64,000 bases of DNA, taken from assembly GCA_053919585.1 (NCBI GenBank), contig CM132792.1; one strand, written 5' to 3'. Source of the stretch: Euprymna scolopes. Lineage: Eukaryota. Numbering within the stretch: the stretch's first letter is position 1; each line of letters begins with the position of its first letter. This document shows, piece after piece, positions 25,963-39,399 of the stretch. Below the pieces are notes generated by a model that ran no database searches, was not told the origin of the DNA, and saw nothing but the letters and a program-made list of their open reading frames with translations. Both the position numbers and the translations under genes were made by a program.

Positions 25963-26992
25963 TGTTATTTTTGAAGTACCAAATATGTAAGTATGTTTCG
26001 TTGTTCTTGTTTAGATGACGACTTATATATTTGTTGTTGTTCATGTTTGTAAGAGTCTTAGAGTGATAGAGACAGTCTTAGGAGTGTTCATGTGTTGAGT
26101 GTTCATATGTCTTAGGATGTTCATGTTGTAGGATAGCATATTGGAGATATAAACAGGGTATATATAAAGAGAGAGACAGTTCTGTTTTTTTATATAATAG
26201 ACAGGGTATATGTTACTACGAGAGCACCCCTGTAATTCAACTAGAAGAGATTTTTGAATATCTTGATAGATAGACTGAGAGATAGTTTGACATTTACGTT
26301 TGACAGTTGTACATATAATATAAACACGTTACCTTTCTCGTTGTAATGCTGAACACAGACAGACGGCAGTTATAAAAAACATGATGATCATTTATTCTTC
26401 GACCGGTCGGAAATGATTCTGTATTTCAGGGATTCAAAGTTGTTACATGGATATTTCTAAACCCTCCCGCTTCCAGAGGGAGCCTTGACTCTAACCGAGA
26501 ATCGGTCTGAACCTCTCTGCTCCTCTGATCTGACTGATCTAATTCCCTTCTCTGGCTTCTCCTAACTAACTTCGAACTATTTCCTATATTGAGAAATCAC
26601 ACGTATGTCTGCTCAACGTGCCTACAACTCACGTTTTTAAGTATGTATTGTTATTCACATGTTTCTTACAAAGCTGACCCTCTAACCTAATTTTCGTAAC
26701 TCACTTCACAAATAACATTTTCCATTGTCCGTTTTTAAATTCCCTATTCTAATTTTCATTTTTATGACAGAAACAAAATTCATCATTACATTCCTTTTTC
26801 AATAAACAGATATCTAACTATTTTGTGTGAGCTAAACAATGGCAATTCCACATTCCTTATTTTCAATAACATTCTGTATTTATTTTAACTTATGATTGGA
26901 ATTCTCAATTCCAAATCTAGCTTCGCAAGTTCGAATCCTTGACTATCCTATTTCATATTTACTCACAAGAACAGGCCTCTGTTCTTGTAACA
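25963..26992. mobile_element. TGTTA...TAACA element related to 3385-4342 (opposite orientation)
   Basis: The minus strand shares CTTTGAAT.C.TGA, TCT.GAAGCG and CCGGTCG..GAAGAATAAA with 3850-3940. The plus half has TATATAAA near 26161 and AATAAA near 26319. No TSD seen. Confidence 0.6.
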
Positions 26993-28883
26993 CAATGCGG
27001 AGCTTGCTTATTTCTGCAGAATTAGTTACATTATTAAGGCCAAAATCCAACTCGAGGATGAGAGTTTTGTTTAGTGTTTCATGAAATAACAACTATTTCA
27101 ATTTCATCCGAAATGATTAAATTAAATAATAAATGTATTTATATATAATTTTGATGAACTTTTTACTATAGATTTTAACGCTTAACGAACATTTTAAAAA
27201 TAACAAAACATTTGCTAGTCATATATCGATTACATTTCAAGTATTGAATTTCAAAAATAAAATATTTATATTTTTCTACTAATTTTTGTAATTTATGTGA
27301 GTGCTTTTTAATCTAATTAAGTAAACGTAAAATAATTAAATCTATTTAAAAAAAATAATGTTTTATTTAAATTTTAATAGCTCTTATTATATATGTAATA
27401 CATTTGTGGGTCTTATTCAAAAAGACATAATTTAAAATAAATGGACCTATATAATTTAGTCCTCACAGATATATTAGTCGACAAACAACTGGTCATCTCT
27501 CTTAAATATTTGTTGACGTCTAGCTTTTAAAATTGTCGTAGTGATGATGAAGCAGTTGTAGACATGTTATTTTTTCTTCTTACTTAGTTGAAATAATCAA
27601 GTTTTTAAAAACAAATAACTCCTTTAATTACTCTGAGATTTAATTTACTTTTTGCTGTAATTAACGGCGATTGCATCAAGAGTAACTGTATCCTTTTTTT
27701 AACGACGGTGAGTAGGGGACGACTTGGAATATTAAAGCAATACACCGACAAACTGATAACATTCAAAACGTAAAGGATGAATATTTTTTTTCATTTATCG
27801 TTATTTGGCATGAGTGAATATACTATTATAATATTACGTAATAAAAGTGTTTTATGAATGGAAATGTTTGAGTGAGACCTAACGGTCAAAAGTGACATCA
27901 GAAGTGAACTCAATGAAAACGTGTGACTTCAGAGCGGAGACAAATCTACGTTTTCCTGGCGTGATTTAAGTTAAGATGTCTATTACTATTTCCCAGGAGA
28001 CGACCTTTCTAACTTTACTGTACCACACTTCGTTTCATTATCTAATATCTAACAGTATATTCCTATTTGTAAACTGTGAACTTTCTAAATGGAATTTTCT
28101 ATCCTCTGCTTGATTTTAACCGACTCTGGAAAATACCGTAATTAAGATTATTTTCACAGAGTCGCATCACAATATTGTTCCCCGGATAATCTTCATTACC
28201 TTCTATTCTGTTTGTAGCATTATTTTTTTTTCTAATCTCCATAATGCTTTCATGAAAAATAAATTTACTAATCACATTACTCGCGATAAAATGCTATATT
28301 GTTTAGTGTTTCTTATAGATAGCATAGGAGAGCGGCTAACCATTTTTTTTTCAACACCATTTTACGGGCTTTGTCAAGATCATTCATTTTTAATATTGTT
28401 ATTGACATTTCTCCAATAATCAACGAAACAGTCTCACTTTTTATGCATGGGGAAAGTTAAACGTAGTAATCTTTATTATGAAAGCGGTACGCATAGGAGT
28501 GTATAAGTATAATAAATATATAGTTATATTCATCTGGATATAATACATGTATAGTTATCTTCATCTGGATGTATGTAGAGACTGTTATGCATATGAAGGT
28601 CTGTATGTGTGTAATATATGTGTATATGCGTATGTTAATATTGACGTTTATAGTTCTGTATAGATGTTTAAGTGAGACTATTTGATGTGTATACTTGTAT
28701 GTAGATTTGTATATTTTTCTTTTCATTTTCTTATCTTTCTGTTTTTAGACACTGTTTTATTTTCTCTTTCTCATCTCTGTTTAAGCAAGCATCAGTAGGG
28801 ACACTGATTTTAACTAGGGTTGCGTCTTTTTCCGTTTTGTCGCTTATCATTATGTCATGCTTAACAGTTTCGTTTTATAAATA

Positions 28884-29100
28884 CAGTAGCGTCCAAAACT
28901 AACGGACAAAATTTTAAAACCTAATATTTATTAGAAATAACAACTGTGAAAAGCGGAAATTTTTATAACTAGTAGTCGTTATCATCCATAATAACATACT
29001 AAAATTTGAATCATTTGCAAAGGATAGAAAAAGAATTATAACCATTATTTATTTATTTTCAAAATAGGAACATCCAAAAGTAAGGGTCAAAATTGAGAAA
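28884..29100 (+). mobile_element. Tc1-like terminal repeat with inner direct repeat (IR/DR type)
   Basis: TA|CAGTAGCGTCCAAAACTAACGGACAAAA, repeated as CATCCAAAAGTAAGGGTCAAAA near 29071. Confidence 0.5.
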
Positions 29101-29159
29101 AACAATGTAAACAGTAGGCTATATTCATATTTTTTTATTTCCTCTAAAGAATAAATCTT

Positions 29160-30668
29160 ACTTAGTCATTTGTAAACGTTGCATCAGCCGGCACCATGGC
29201 GAAACGCCAAAATCTTTTCCTTGGTTTGTGCTGTGATCTTTTACCTCCATCTATCTCGCCATAAAACAGCTGTATAGGAAGTCTTTTGTCCTCCAATCCT
29301 AACCAAGTGTCCAGTCCAGCGCATCTGATTTTGAATTATTTTCATTTCGTTACTGTTACTATTTGATCACTCAAAAACCACAGTGTCAGATGCTAGAGTC
29401 CTCCAGTTAATATTAATTTTTCTTCGAATACAACTTTGGTGAAACCTTTCCAATAACTTGAGATGCCTTCTATATGTTTTCCAGGTCTCTGACCCATATA
29501 TCAATATAGTGATAATGCATGCTTCGTAAACACTTAGCTTTGTTTTTGAAGAGATTCCCCGATCAGACCATACACGCTTCTCCAAATTGCCAAAAGCAGA
29601 ACTGGCTTTGGCTATTCTGTGATTTATCTCAGCATCAAGCATACAATCCTTACTCAGCGTACTACCCAGATAAACAAAATTGTCCGTGACCTTTAACTTC
29701 TTACCATCAATCAAGATGTTTGGTTTAACATATAGCATTCCTATAGGAGGGGAATACATAACATGTTTTCTTGAGGCTGATAGTAAGTCCGAAAGCTTTG
29801 CAAGCTTCTGATAACGTGTCCATAATCATCTGTGTGTCTGTTTCTGAGTGTGAAACAAGGTCTGCATCATTTGCATATACAAGTTCAAGAACAAAGTTCT
29901 GAAAAGTTTTTGCCTTTGCGTTGAGACGTCTTAAAAAGTTTACTTGATGTGCGAAACCAAAACTTCACCCCAATGTCACAATTGTTAAAAGCATGCACCA
30001 GCATCACAGCAAAATATATGGAAAATAATGTAGGAGCAAGTATGTCACCTTGTTTCACACCGTTTTCAACTGAAATTGGATCAGACAGAGATACATTAAA
30101 GTTCACCTGGGCTTGCATATTATGGTGTAACTGCTGAAGCAACTCAACAAAACTAGTAGGACAGCCTAGCTTCCTAAGAACCTTCCAGAGTGCTAAGCGA
30201 TTAATGGTATCAAAAGCTTTCGTCAGATCAACAAAAACTTGATACAAAGGCACTTGCTGCTCCATACATTAGCTGTCTCGCAGAGAATAACATACCCATT
30301 GTTCCGCGGCCAGATCTAAAACCACATTGATTTTCTGAGATGATAGTGGGACAAATCCATTTCAGCAATCGATTTAACAAAATCTTTGCTAAAACCTTTC
30401 CCACTGCTTCAAGCAAGCTAATGCCTCTATAATCACTACACTCAGATTTTGAACCCTTTCCTTTAAAAATTGGTATTATATTGCATCAATCCAATCTTGA
30501 GGGATATCATTACCATGCCAAATAGCGAGGATGAGTTTATGGACTGCGTTGATAATGCTACCGCCCCCAAATAGCAGTAACTCAACAAATATACCATCAA
30601 GTCCGGGTGTTTTTTCCCTTATTAAGCTCTGTTAATGTGATTTTGGTCTCATCAATTCTGGGAGGGCT
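29160..30668 (-). mobile_element. RTE-clade LINE, 3' segment (RT domain)
   Basis: SPPRIDE..KTPGLDG, QCGFRSGRGT, FVDLTKAFD, GVKQGDILAPTLFSIYF, YAND (YADD site), FVYLGSTLS and IYGSETW. Tail CTAAGTAAG. Confidence 0.93.
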
Positions 30669-32550
30669 CCCATAAGCCATAGTGAAGATATAAAACCTGC
30701 GGCTGAAACAGTTACCAGTTATCTTGCACTTGCTTGTCATTGGACTCTGATTGTGTGCTCAGAGAATGACATTTGTGTCGTACAAGCATTTATCATTGAG
30801 ATCATTTTGTACAGATATCTCTTCTTTCCAAGTCCTGTGGCAATTAGAGGCGAGGCGATGTGTACGGATTTAACAAGTTGGAAGTATGTAGTTACAAATC
30901 TGCACACAGGCGGCTTGAGGCTTATCTTAACACCCTATTATTTTGAGGAACAGGAAATAGTTTCGGTGGGGCTTTTTGCAACCGAGCAGCCCTTTTTAGG
31001 AACAGCGCTGCTCATCCAGATCATGGGAGAAGTCTAGAAAAGGTGACCTAAAAATCGTCTGTTCCTGTTCTCAGCTGGTCAGTTACCTGCGGCTGTCGGT
31101 TGTTTATTTGTTTATTTATGCAGGGGTAATAAAAGAAAAAACAATGTGAAAAGAAAACCAAATTGAATATTGCTACCTAGAACGTAAGGACACTTCTCGA
31201 TATAAAAGAATCGGTGAATCTAGAGCGAAGAACAGCTATTGTTGCCAGAGAATTAGCTAGATACAACGTGGATATTGCTGCTGTATCTGAAACCCGTTTT
31301 AGTGATGAAGATCAACTTACTGAAAAGGGTGCAGGATATACGCTTTTCTGGAAAGGCAAACCCAAGGGAGTGAAAAGAGAAGGATGAGTTGGTTTTGCTA
31401 TCAAGACAAAGATCCCATCTCAGTTAGAACAACCTTGTGATATTACTGATCGAATTATGTTACTAAGAGTACCTTTACCTAGTGATCGTTACGTGTCAGT
31501 TATCTCAGTATATGCCCCTACTTTGGATAGTAGGCAGGATGTCAAGGTGGGGTTTTATCAGGATTTAGGGAACTGTATCAAAGTGCTACCAAAAGCAGCT
31601 AAGATTCTGTTGCTTGGAGATTTTGATGCACGGGTTGGAAGTGATCATGACACCTAGGGTGTCTTAGGAAAATATGGCCTTGGTAAGGCAAATGATAATG
31701 GGATTCTTCTTTTGCAGCTCTGCACTGAACATAATCTTGCAATATGTAAAAACAACTACCAACAAAAACCCATTCACAAGGTAACTTGGATACATCCTAG
31801 ATCAAAACATGGTCATATTCCTGATTATGTTATCATGCGCAAGCGTGGTCTTCAGGATATGTGTAGGGTAAGAGTTATGTGGGGTGCAGACTGTGATACT
31901 GGCCACAATCTTGTGCGTGCTGAACTTAAGTTGTGTATAAGAAAAAAGGTCAGAGCAATTGGAGCAAAAGTGCCTAAACGCATTGATGTCTCAAGACTAA
32001 AAAATACGTAGGTTTGTAAAGCTCTTAGGATCTCATTTCCTGATATATCATTTGATGGAACTTGGGAACGGTTCAAATCACAAATATATAGCAAAGGATC
32101 TGAAATTTTGGCTTTAAGAAATCCAAGGATAGGGATTGGTTTGATGAAAATGATTCTACGATCACCAGTCACGAGAGATGGCTGTGTTCTAATGGAGCAG
32201 CTAAATTAAATTCAGAGAAAGTGTATAAAGAAGCAAAATTAAACGTACAACGTGAGACATGCAGATTGAAGAACAAGTGGTGGGCCAATCTGTCAGCAGA
32301 CATCCAGACAGAGTATGACCGCAAAAATTTAAAAGATATGTACTACAAGATTAGACAAGTTTTTGGATCACAGTCTCCAAAATTGGTACCTGTGAAATCC
32401 AAAGATGGCACTGCTCTTTTCAACAATGTGGTGGGGATCATGGAACGGTGGACAGAACATTTTCGGGATCTTTTTGATAATCCGTCTGAAGTAAACGATA
32501 TAGTCATTGATAGTCTCCCTTAAAAGGAGGTCGTTGATGAAATGATATGT
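30669..32550 (+). mobile_element. RTE-clade LINE, inverted 5' segment (5' UTR + APE endonuclease)
   Basis: NIAT*NVRTLLD, LARYNVDIAAVSETR, SVYAPT, LLGDFDARVG, TWIHPRSKHGH and RWTEHF..DSLP*KEVVDEMIC. Confidence 0.92.
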
Positions 32551-32578
32551 TCACACATATCATTTAGAAATAGAAGGG

Positions 32579-32930
32579 TTTTTTTTACATGAGGGTCACC
32601 ACTTATCAAGGCCCGGAAGCCACTCTGGGATAAGGGTTATTGCGTATACAGTAATCAATGGGATAGTATCGTAGTAATCGTCAGCATCGTCTTACTTAAG
32701 AGGGCGGTTTGTCAAAAATTTGTTTATGTTGGACTTGAAGACATCTAAGTTGTAGTCAGGTGGGAAACAGTCAATCAGAAGAGAGTTCCACAGTCGTGTA
32801 CTTCTAAGAAAGAAGCTCTGCTCATGGAATCTACGCTTGGATGTAGGCACAGATAAAGAATGATGAAAATTAATGACTGGTTTCAGCCAGGCGTGTGTTT
32901 TTCGTGAAAGATTGGCGATTTTACTTCCAT
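32579..32930 (-). mobile_element. 5'-truncated CR1-group LINE 3' end with poly(A)
   Basis: SFFLRSTRLWNSLLIDCFPPDYNLDVFKSNINK, then a 3' UTR and A-tract. Confidence 0.85.
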
Positions 32931-32951
32931 TTTTATGTAAGCTACCAAAAA

Positions 32952-33005
32952 TGCCCTGACCGGGAATTGAAACCGAAACCTTCAGGTCTTCAGTCTCGTG
33001 TGCTA
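32952..33005 (-). pseudogene. tRNA-Phe(GAA) 3' fragment
   Basis: AGACTGAAGACCTGAAGGTTTCGGTTTCAATTCCCGGTCAGGGCA followed by TTTTT. The 5' acceptor strand and D arm are missing. Confidence 0.7.
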
Positions 33006-33554
33006 TTTAGAATTTCTTCGAAATATATCCGAAAACATTAGCTTAACAAAATAATTATAACTTTGACACGAAGTCATTAATGCATACATTTCAAAATATA
33101 TCTATAAATATATATAGTGCGTCGGTATATAGTTTTTAATTAAATAATGTTTAAATATTATGTAATTCTAGAATGATCCTTATATTATTAGTTGATCTAT
33201 CAGACTAGAAAAACTATACTCACTCCAGTCACATATTTTCTAGTCTGCATTACTAATAGAAGTATTAGTATTGTTTTGCTTCAAATATTTTCTCATATCA
33301 GAATATTCCGTAGCGACTGGAAGCGTCATAAAATAAGATAGGTTCAGTTATTTTGTTTATAAATCCTTTTCGTGATATTTAATGACGAATGCAGTGAAAG
33401 CTTTTTATGATATAAGTCCTATATGTTTTTAAATATGCATGCACGCTATTTGATTTGCTTGATTTGTTTTACGGCATATCAGGCATTTTTGGGGTTATTT
33501 AATGCACTGTAAAAAAAAAATTTCTGTTTCATGTTGAAATATTTTGGACGAACT

Positions 33555-34186
33555 AATGGGGTAGCTATTTATTTGGTGTCCACCACACCAAAATGTGGCA
33601 CAAGGCCGGAAGGTGAAAATAGGAAAGCTCCCCTAAAGGAGGAGCACTCTTGCCTCATCCAAAATTGCCTGGGCACCCTCGTCGGCATTCCCCGGTCGGG
33701 CTGAGTGTCAAGTGACGAATCCTTGATGAGTACTACTACCCTGTCTCCCTGCAGCTGAAGCCGCTAGGAGACACATCCCATCCTAACGACAAAGAATGGG
33801 GTAGTTATTTAATTGCCGCCCACATCGGCAATATTTCGCACAAGGCCTGGAAAGTGAGAACCCCGCAGGCTCCTCTAAAGGAGGGGCACTCCTGCAATTT
33901 TAAAAATTGCCTGATTAACCCCGTCGGCATTCCCCGGTCGGGGCGCCTCAGGCAGCAAACAATAAACTTGCCCCACCGGAAAGCCCGGTGGCAAGGCCTG
34001 GGAGGGTGGACCTCCTAGGTATTACCCAGGCGGTGTACCTCAGTCCAACAGGTGCTGGGCCGGTTCCCAGCCCCTCACCTGTTGGACTGAGTGTCAAGTG
34101 ATGAATCCTTGACCTGTACTACCCTGTCTCCCTGCAGCCGAAGCCGCTAGGAGACACATCCCATCCTAACGACAAAGAATGGGGTA
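33555..34186 (-). mobile_element. Tandem dimer of a GC-rich, highly structured short retroposon
   Basis: Units of 240 and 383 bp delimited by AATGGGGTA at 33555, 33795 and 34178; multiple hairpins. Confidence 0.7.
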
Positions 34187-34900
34187 TGATCCCACACAAT
34201 CGGACGATTCTATTTATAAACGATGCTGGTAGGAACTGACGAATCGAATTAATTCACGTTCTGCTACCAGCCAATCAGAAACCAGAATTGCTTCATAAAT
34301 ATTAAACCTTTTCTGGAGCAATTTCACATGTTTTTTCCCGTCTCGACACGGTAAGAATATTTTGCTCTGTGGAACTGTCTACTGCAAACCAGTCACCTCT
34401 CAAAACTTGTTTAGAACAACGAACCATCTGAAACGTTTCTGAAACTAAACATGGCTTACACTTCTAGATTTCAGTTTTTTTTATATCTTCAAATATTTAT
34501 TCTCTGGTGTTTGGTTTATTTTATCGTGTTGTAAATTCGCTGCTGGAATGCGACACTGTTGCGTGCTGGGAGTTGTATTAAAACCTTTTTCCTTTCATTT
34601 AGACGAAATGACGCGAGATATAAGAAAAAGCGCTACAATTCATCAGGTCCAAAAGGGTCTCGTTCACAACAGCACGGGATCGGTTCGTATCGGATCAAAA
34701 TCCGATGTAGAGAAATTACACCCGTGTGTTATGCAAAAAGCTTTAAAAGTAACTCAAATCTTCTGTTATTCTTATATCTATATTTAGATAATCGTTTCAA
34801 AAACTTACCTGAACATTATTGTACGTTCACCTTGTTATGATAATTTAAATCGCGATTCTTCAAGATTCGTACCCTTCTTTTCTCAGTCTAGAAGGACACT

Positions 34901-34974
<74 letters not shown>

Positions 34975-36149
34975 GACATTAACACAATGGATGATGCATC
35001 GCCCGCCAAGAACCTTAATTGAATTTTTCAGCTTTCTGCGATAAGAGAAATCGTTAAACTACAAAACCTACAATTTGCCACAATTGACGGATGAACTACA
35101 AGTGGTCCGGAAGCCCGCTTAAACTCGCAAATATGGAACTTGAACCGTACGACATTCAAGGTGAGTATTCTGGTTTGCGAATTTCGAATTTTCAAGATTC
35201 TTTTTCTTGTGTGGAATAATCTCCACGGTAGAGAAAAAGTATTTGGGGATTTTGCAAAAATAATTGAGAGTTGTAAAGAAAAAAATGAATAACATTATTT
35301 TTTAGTGCATTTTAGGTCAACAGCACTCATAAGATGAAACGGTTGCTATTTTTGTAAATACGCAATGAACTATTCAATGACTTGAATTCAGATTTTTTTC
35401 GCTGATTTTTACCGCAGTTTTGGATTTCTGATAAAATCAGAGAAAACTTCTCGTTACTGATAATGTAAGCTGAAATCAAGTTTCCGAATCTTTATAAATA
35501 ATCAATCATTCGGATAGAGTGTATATCGGAAGACTTTCATTTTAAGAATAAACAACGTGAATAATTTAGGTTGATTTTGCCGTATGGCTGGCTGTATCCG
35601 CTGTTGTCATCTTGAAGAACGTAAATGCATTGCCATATGGTTTCCGATATTTCTGATGAGTTGATATTAAATTTGATATCAAAAGAAATTGAATATTTAT
35701 CAATGTAAGTTAAAAATATTACGGGTATTTTCCAACGCCATAAAAATGATACATTTCATTCATAAGAAGGATGGTTTACCTTCAGAACATAAGTAGTAGT
35801 CGAAGTAGGTGAAACACTAGGTATAATTATTATATGCACCTTCCTGAAGGGGAAGACATTAGTCAAGTACCAAGATTAGAAGAGATTCGATTAATCTTAG
35901 AGTAAGATAGAAGGAGTCTACTTAACTACTACTTTTGACAACCGGTGTTTATCAAAAAAAAAATTATTTTAGGTCAGACGGGTGTTTTAGCAATATTTTT
36001 TTTTTATTATTAAGAGATATGAAGATGCAAACTGGTTTTTATAATTAGAATTGTTCTATTGAAAGTAATCAAATCGAACTTGGTTTATAAATGGGATGTT
36101 TTGTAGTTTGAAAATATTTTGGTACTGTTACAGCTTTTGAACTGTTTTT

Positions 36150-36312
36150 AACTCTAATCTTAACCTGTCCCTAAACTAAAGCTAGCCTAACCCTAAACTA
36201 ACCATGCCGTAACCTTAAACTAACCTTAAAGTAATTTTAAACTAACCATTATCAAACTAAATCTAGCCTAACCTTAAACTAACCTTAAAGTAATTTTAAA
36301 CTAACCATTACC
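36150..36312. repeat. Degenerate CCTAA/CTAAAC-rich tandem repeat
   Basis: TAACCCTAAACTAACC-type units with an internal duplication of about 60 bp. Confidence 0.65.
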
Positions 36313-37154
36313 AATGATTGAGTTTTAGTTCAACAAGTCGGTTTCGTTCAGTAAAATTCTTAAGAAGTACCATAGTTTTTAAATAGTTTATTTGGAAAAT
36401 ATTTTTCAAATAGTTTATTTACTATGTTATAGAGGGTTAACAGCCTTACAGAAACGTTAAAAAAAACAAAGGGGCTATTGATGAGAATACTTAAATTAAA
36501 AATTCTGCAAAAAATGCAGCTTAATCTAAGCAGCTTAAAATAATGAGAGGATGATTTTTATATAAACATTTTCGCCAATTTCCGATTTAAAAAGCGGAAG
36601 CGATTGCCAAGTAGAATCTTTCTCTTTGCCAAACAGTAGTATTTTAAGACTCTAAGGTTTTGTTTGATACGCATTGAAGGAAAAAGGTTGTACCGAATTT
36701 GCAGATTGGTTAGATGTGACACCTGCTCACTTCCCTGCAACTATCAAATAATAAATCCCTTGCGCCCATCGCTTATGGCCCGATATAATATCTCTAGTGT
36801 AGCTTGGTGTCATTCCTCTGAAAAAAAAATGATAACAAATCATCTCAGATAATTGGGCTGACCTTTTCTAAGTTTCGTTAATTAATCAAAATGTTCGATT
36901 CTATGTAATTTAGAAAATTATTTATTATAAAGACATGGTTCCATTTCCGTTTTTTTTTGGGGGGGGGTTGCTGCAAACCATATACTAGGTGGCCAATTGT
37001 GTACAAATCCCAATGAGAGATACGAGCTTTCTATCATGTCTGAAAGTTCAATGAGCGAATCATGTTCTTTATCGATTCGAGTTATGACAACATGACGATT
37101 GCCAGCACCTTCAAAATGCAAATCGGAACAGTTCAATGACTGAAGACACAGCTC

Positions 37155-37753
37155 AACATAGTTTCCGGTCACGGTTATGGTCTTTGGTATGGTTTCAAGT
37201 GAGGGCCACATCATACCACCTCACATCTTCGAAGTCGGCTTGAAAGTCAATACCAAAGTGTACCTGGATGTAGTGAAGAGTATGGTGAGCCCCTGATGCA
37301 ATCAAGTGGCCGCTGGCAGACCCTGGGTTCGGCAGCAGGACTCGGCGCCGGCCCACAAATCTAAAGAGACCCAGGTTTGGCTTCAGAAGGATTACTACGA
37401 CTTTGTTCCCGTTCTCTCACTGCCCCTCTCCCCCGATATGAACACGCTAGACTACTTCGTTTGGTTATACGTCGGGAACATCACTGACATGACCTCCCAC
37501 AACACGAAAGTAAGTCTGATCTCCGCCATCCGCCGAGTATTTGCCGAGCTCTCGCGGGCGCTTGTGGTAGAGGCATGCTCCCAGTTCCGGATCAGTATCG
37601 AGGCGGTGAATCAGTCTAAAAGCGGCTACATTGAATAGATATCAGCTCTACAACATAATCAAGTTAACCGGATTGAATTTTTCCATAAAAGTTTTGAAAT
37701 AAAGTTGTAGTGTTGTTTTCTTTAGGTTGAAAAATTTATCGTTCCACCCTGTA
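37155..37753 (+). pseudogene. maT (DD37D-like) mariner-group transposase 3' part with right TIR
   Basis: VMVFGMVSSEG..KVNTKVY, QQDSAPAH..SPDMNTLDYFVW; terminus CACCCTG|TA. Confidence 0.88.
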
Positions 37754-39399
37754 AAATAAAAAAAAACCAGACCAGCAATATTTTTTTCATTTAAGAAATA
37801 AGAACATATACTTCTTTGAACCATGTAGTTCAAGTATCAAGTTTCTCTCAGTCGGATTTTGCTCCGATATGAATCGACACGTGCTGTTGTGAACAAGTTT
37901 TTTGTTTTGTTTTACCTGACATTATTATGATACAAGGAGGCCTGGATTGTCATGAAATTCCAATATGGTAATATATGTTTGCCGGGAAGAGACATTTGCT
38001 TCGTCATGCGGACGACTCCAGGCACTGCCGGTTTTAACAAATGGTATTCCAGAAAACAATAAAGCATACCTCAGTCTGTTGGATTTCTCTTTATTCGTTG
38101 TTGCCCATCTCTGGTCGTAACGACATCAGTTTCTTAGAGGAGGAGTTTCTTGGTTTTTCAACGAGCTCCCGTCTGTAATTCTCTGGTAAATCAAATGGAG
38201 ACCTACCTCTTTTGTGGGGCTGTCCCCGACTTCTTGGTGTTGTTTTTTTTTCTGGCTGGAATGGCTGCTGGCACGAACGTGCTCGGTGATGAACAATGAC
38301 ACGCAACACATTTTATTTTATATAAAAGAACCTTCCAGTGGGGAGGTGGGATCTTTCTGCCACAATGCACAGTAATTATCCACATCGCAAGCAGTCCCCC
38401 ACCCCCAGAATAATCATTTTTCTTGTACACTCCCCATTCCGGGTTTGACAGGCTAGAGATCCTGTTAAGATAACCCAGGAGTTCTTTCACTACCAGCATT
38501 ATTCAATCGTTATTACCTAGAATTTAGCTCGGTCATAGAATTACAGCTGGAATTACGCTACTTCAGCAACCAGTCTACTTTGGTTTTAGTTTATTTTAGT
38601 TCATCTTCCATGAATCTTTATCAATTAGGCCGGAGTTACGTGATTTCTTCACGGACTTAGATGATCATACCGACCAGAACTTGAATGCCTACTAGACAGT
38701 ATCCTCGAGTGTCTAAGGTCTCTCTGTACGAGGTTTGTCAGAACAACCTGGAATGAGGATACTTTTCCCTAGAAGTAAACCCTGACCAAATATTCGAAAT
38801 CACATAGTAATGTAAGATCTCCTCACTGTGGCTAACTTACATTTGTTTTACGAGGAATGGTGCACTTTCCCCAAGTGGTGTTACCTTAAGCAGCAGCACG
38901 AAGCTGGATACTCCACCAGACTAGATGGAAAAAACGAAAAACGAAAGATATACAACATATTAAAATTAATTGGGAGGAGGAGATTTATGATCTCAATATT
39001 AAAGTTAATTGGGAGGAGGAGATTTATGATCTCAATTTCTTTACTAACTCAGAATTTGAGGGATAAAGAACTTTAATGGAACATTCAAATATCTATGTAT
39101 ATCATATGGAGTTCAAGTGTTAGTTTCAAATAATGGGCCCCTTGACTTTTGAGAACTTCGACTCAAGTAAAATAAAACAAAAAAATGGAAACGCAAGAAA
39201 CAATCACAGAGCGGCCAACATAAAGCACCAACCGCAAAGTATTTCATAAATATTAAGTTTTTATTTTCGCAATTGTCGAATATCCTTAATTACTTCGAGT
39301 AACATTGCGTGGTTTTAATTATTAAAAGAAAGGCACTCAGATTTAATCAAATAAAATATCGCCAAGTATTATTCCACATCAAAACAATTTCTCATAAAG

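Noticed and set aside
33800-34000. Twister or HDV-like ribozyme in the structured retroposon
   Set aside because: Partial resemblance only; I could not build the required pseudoknots by eye.
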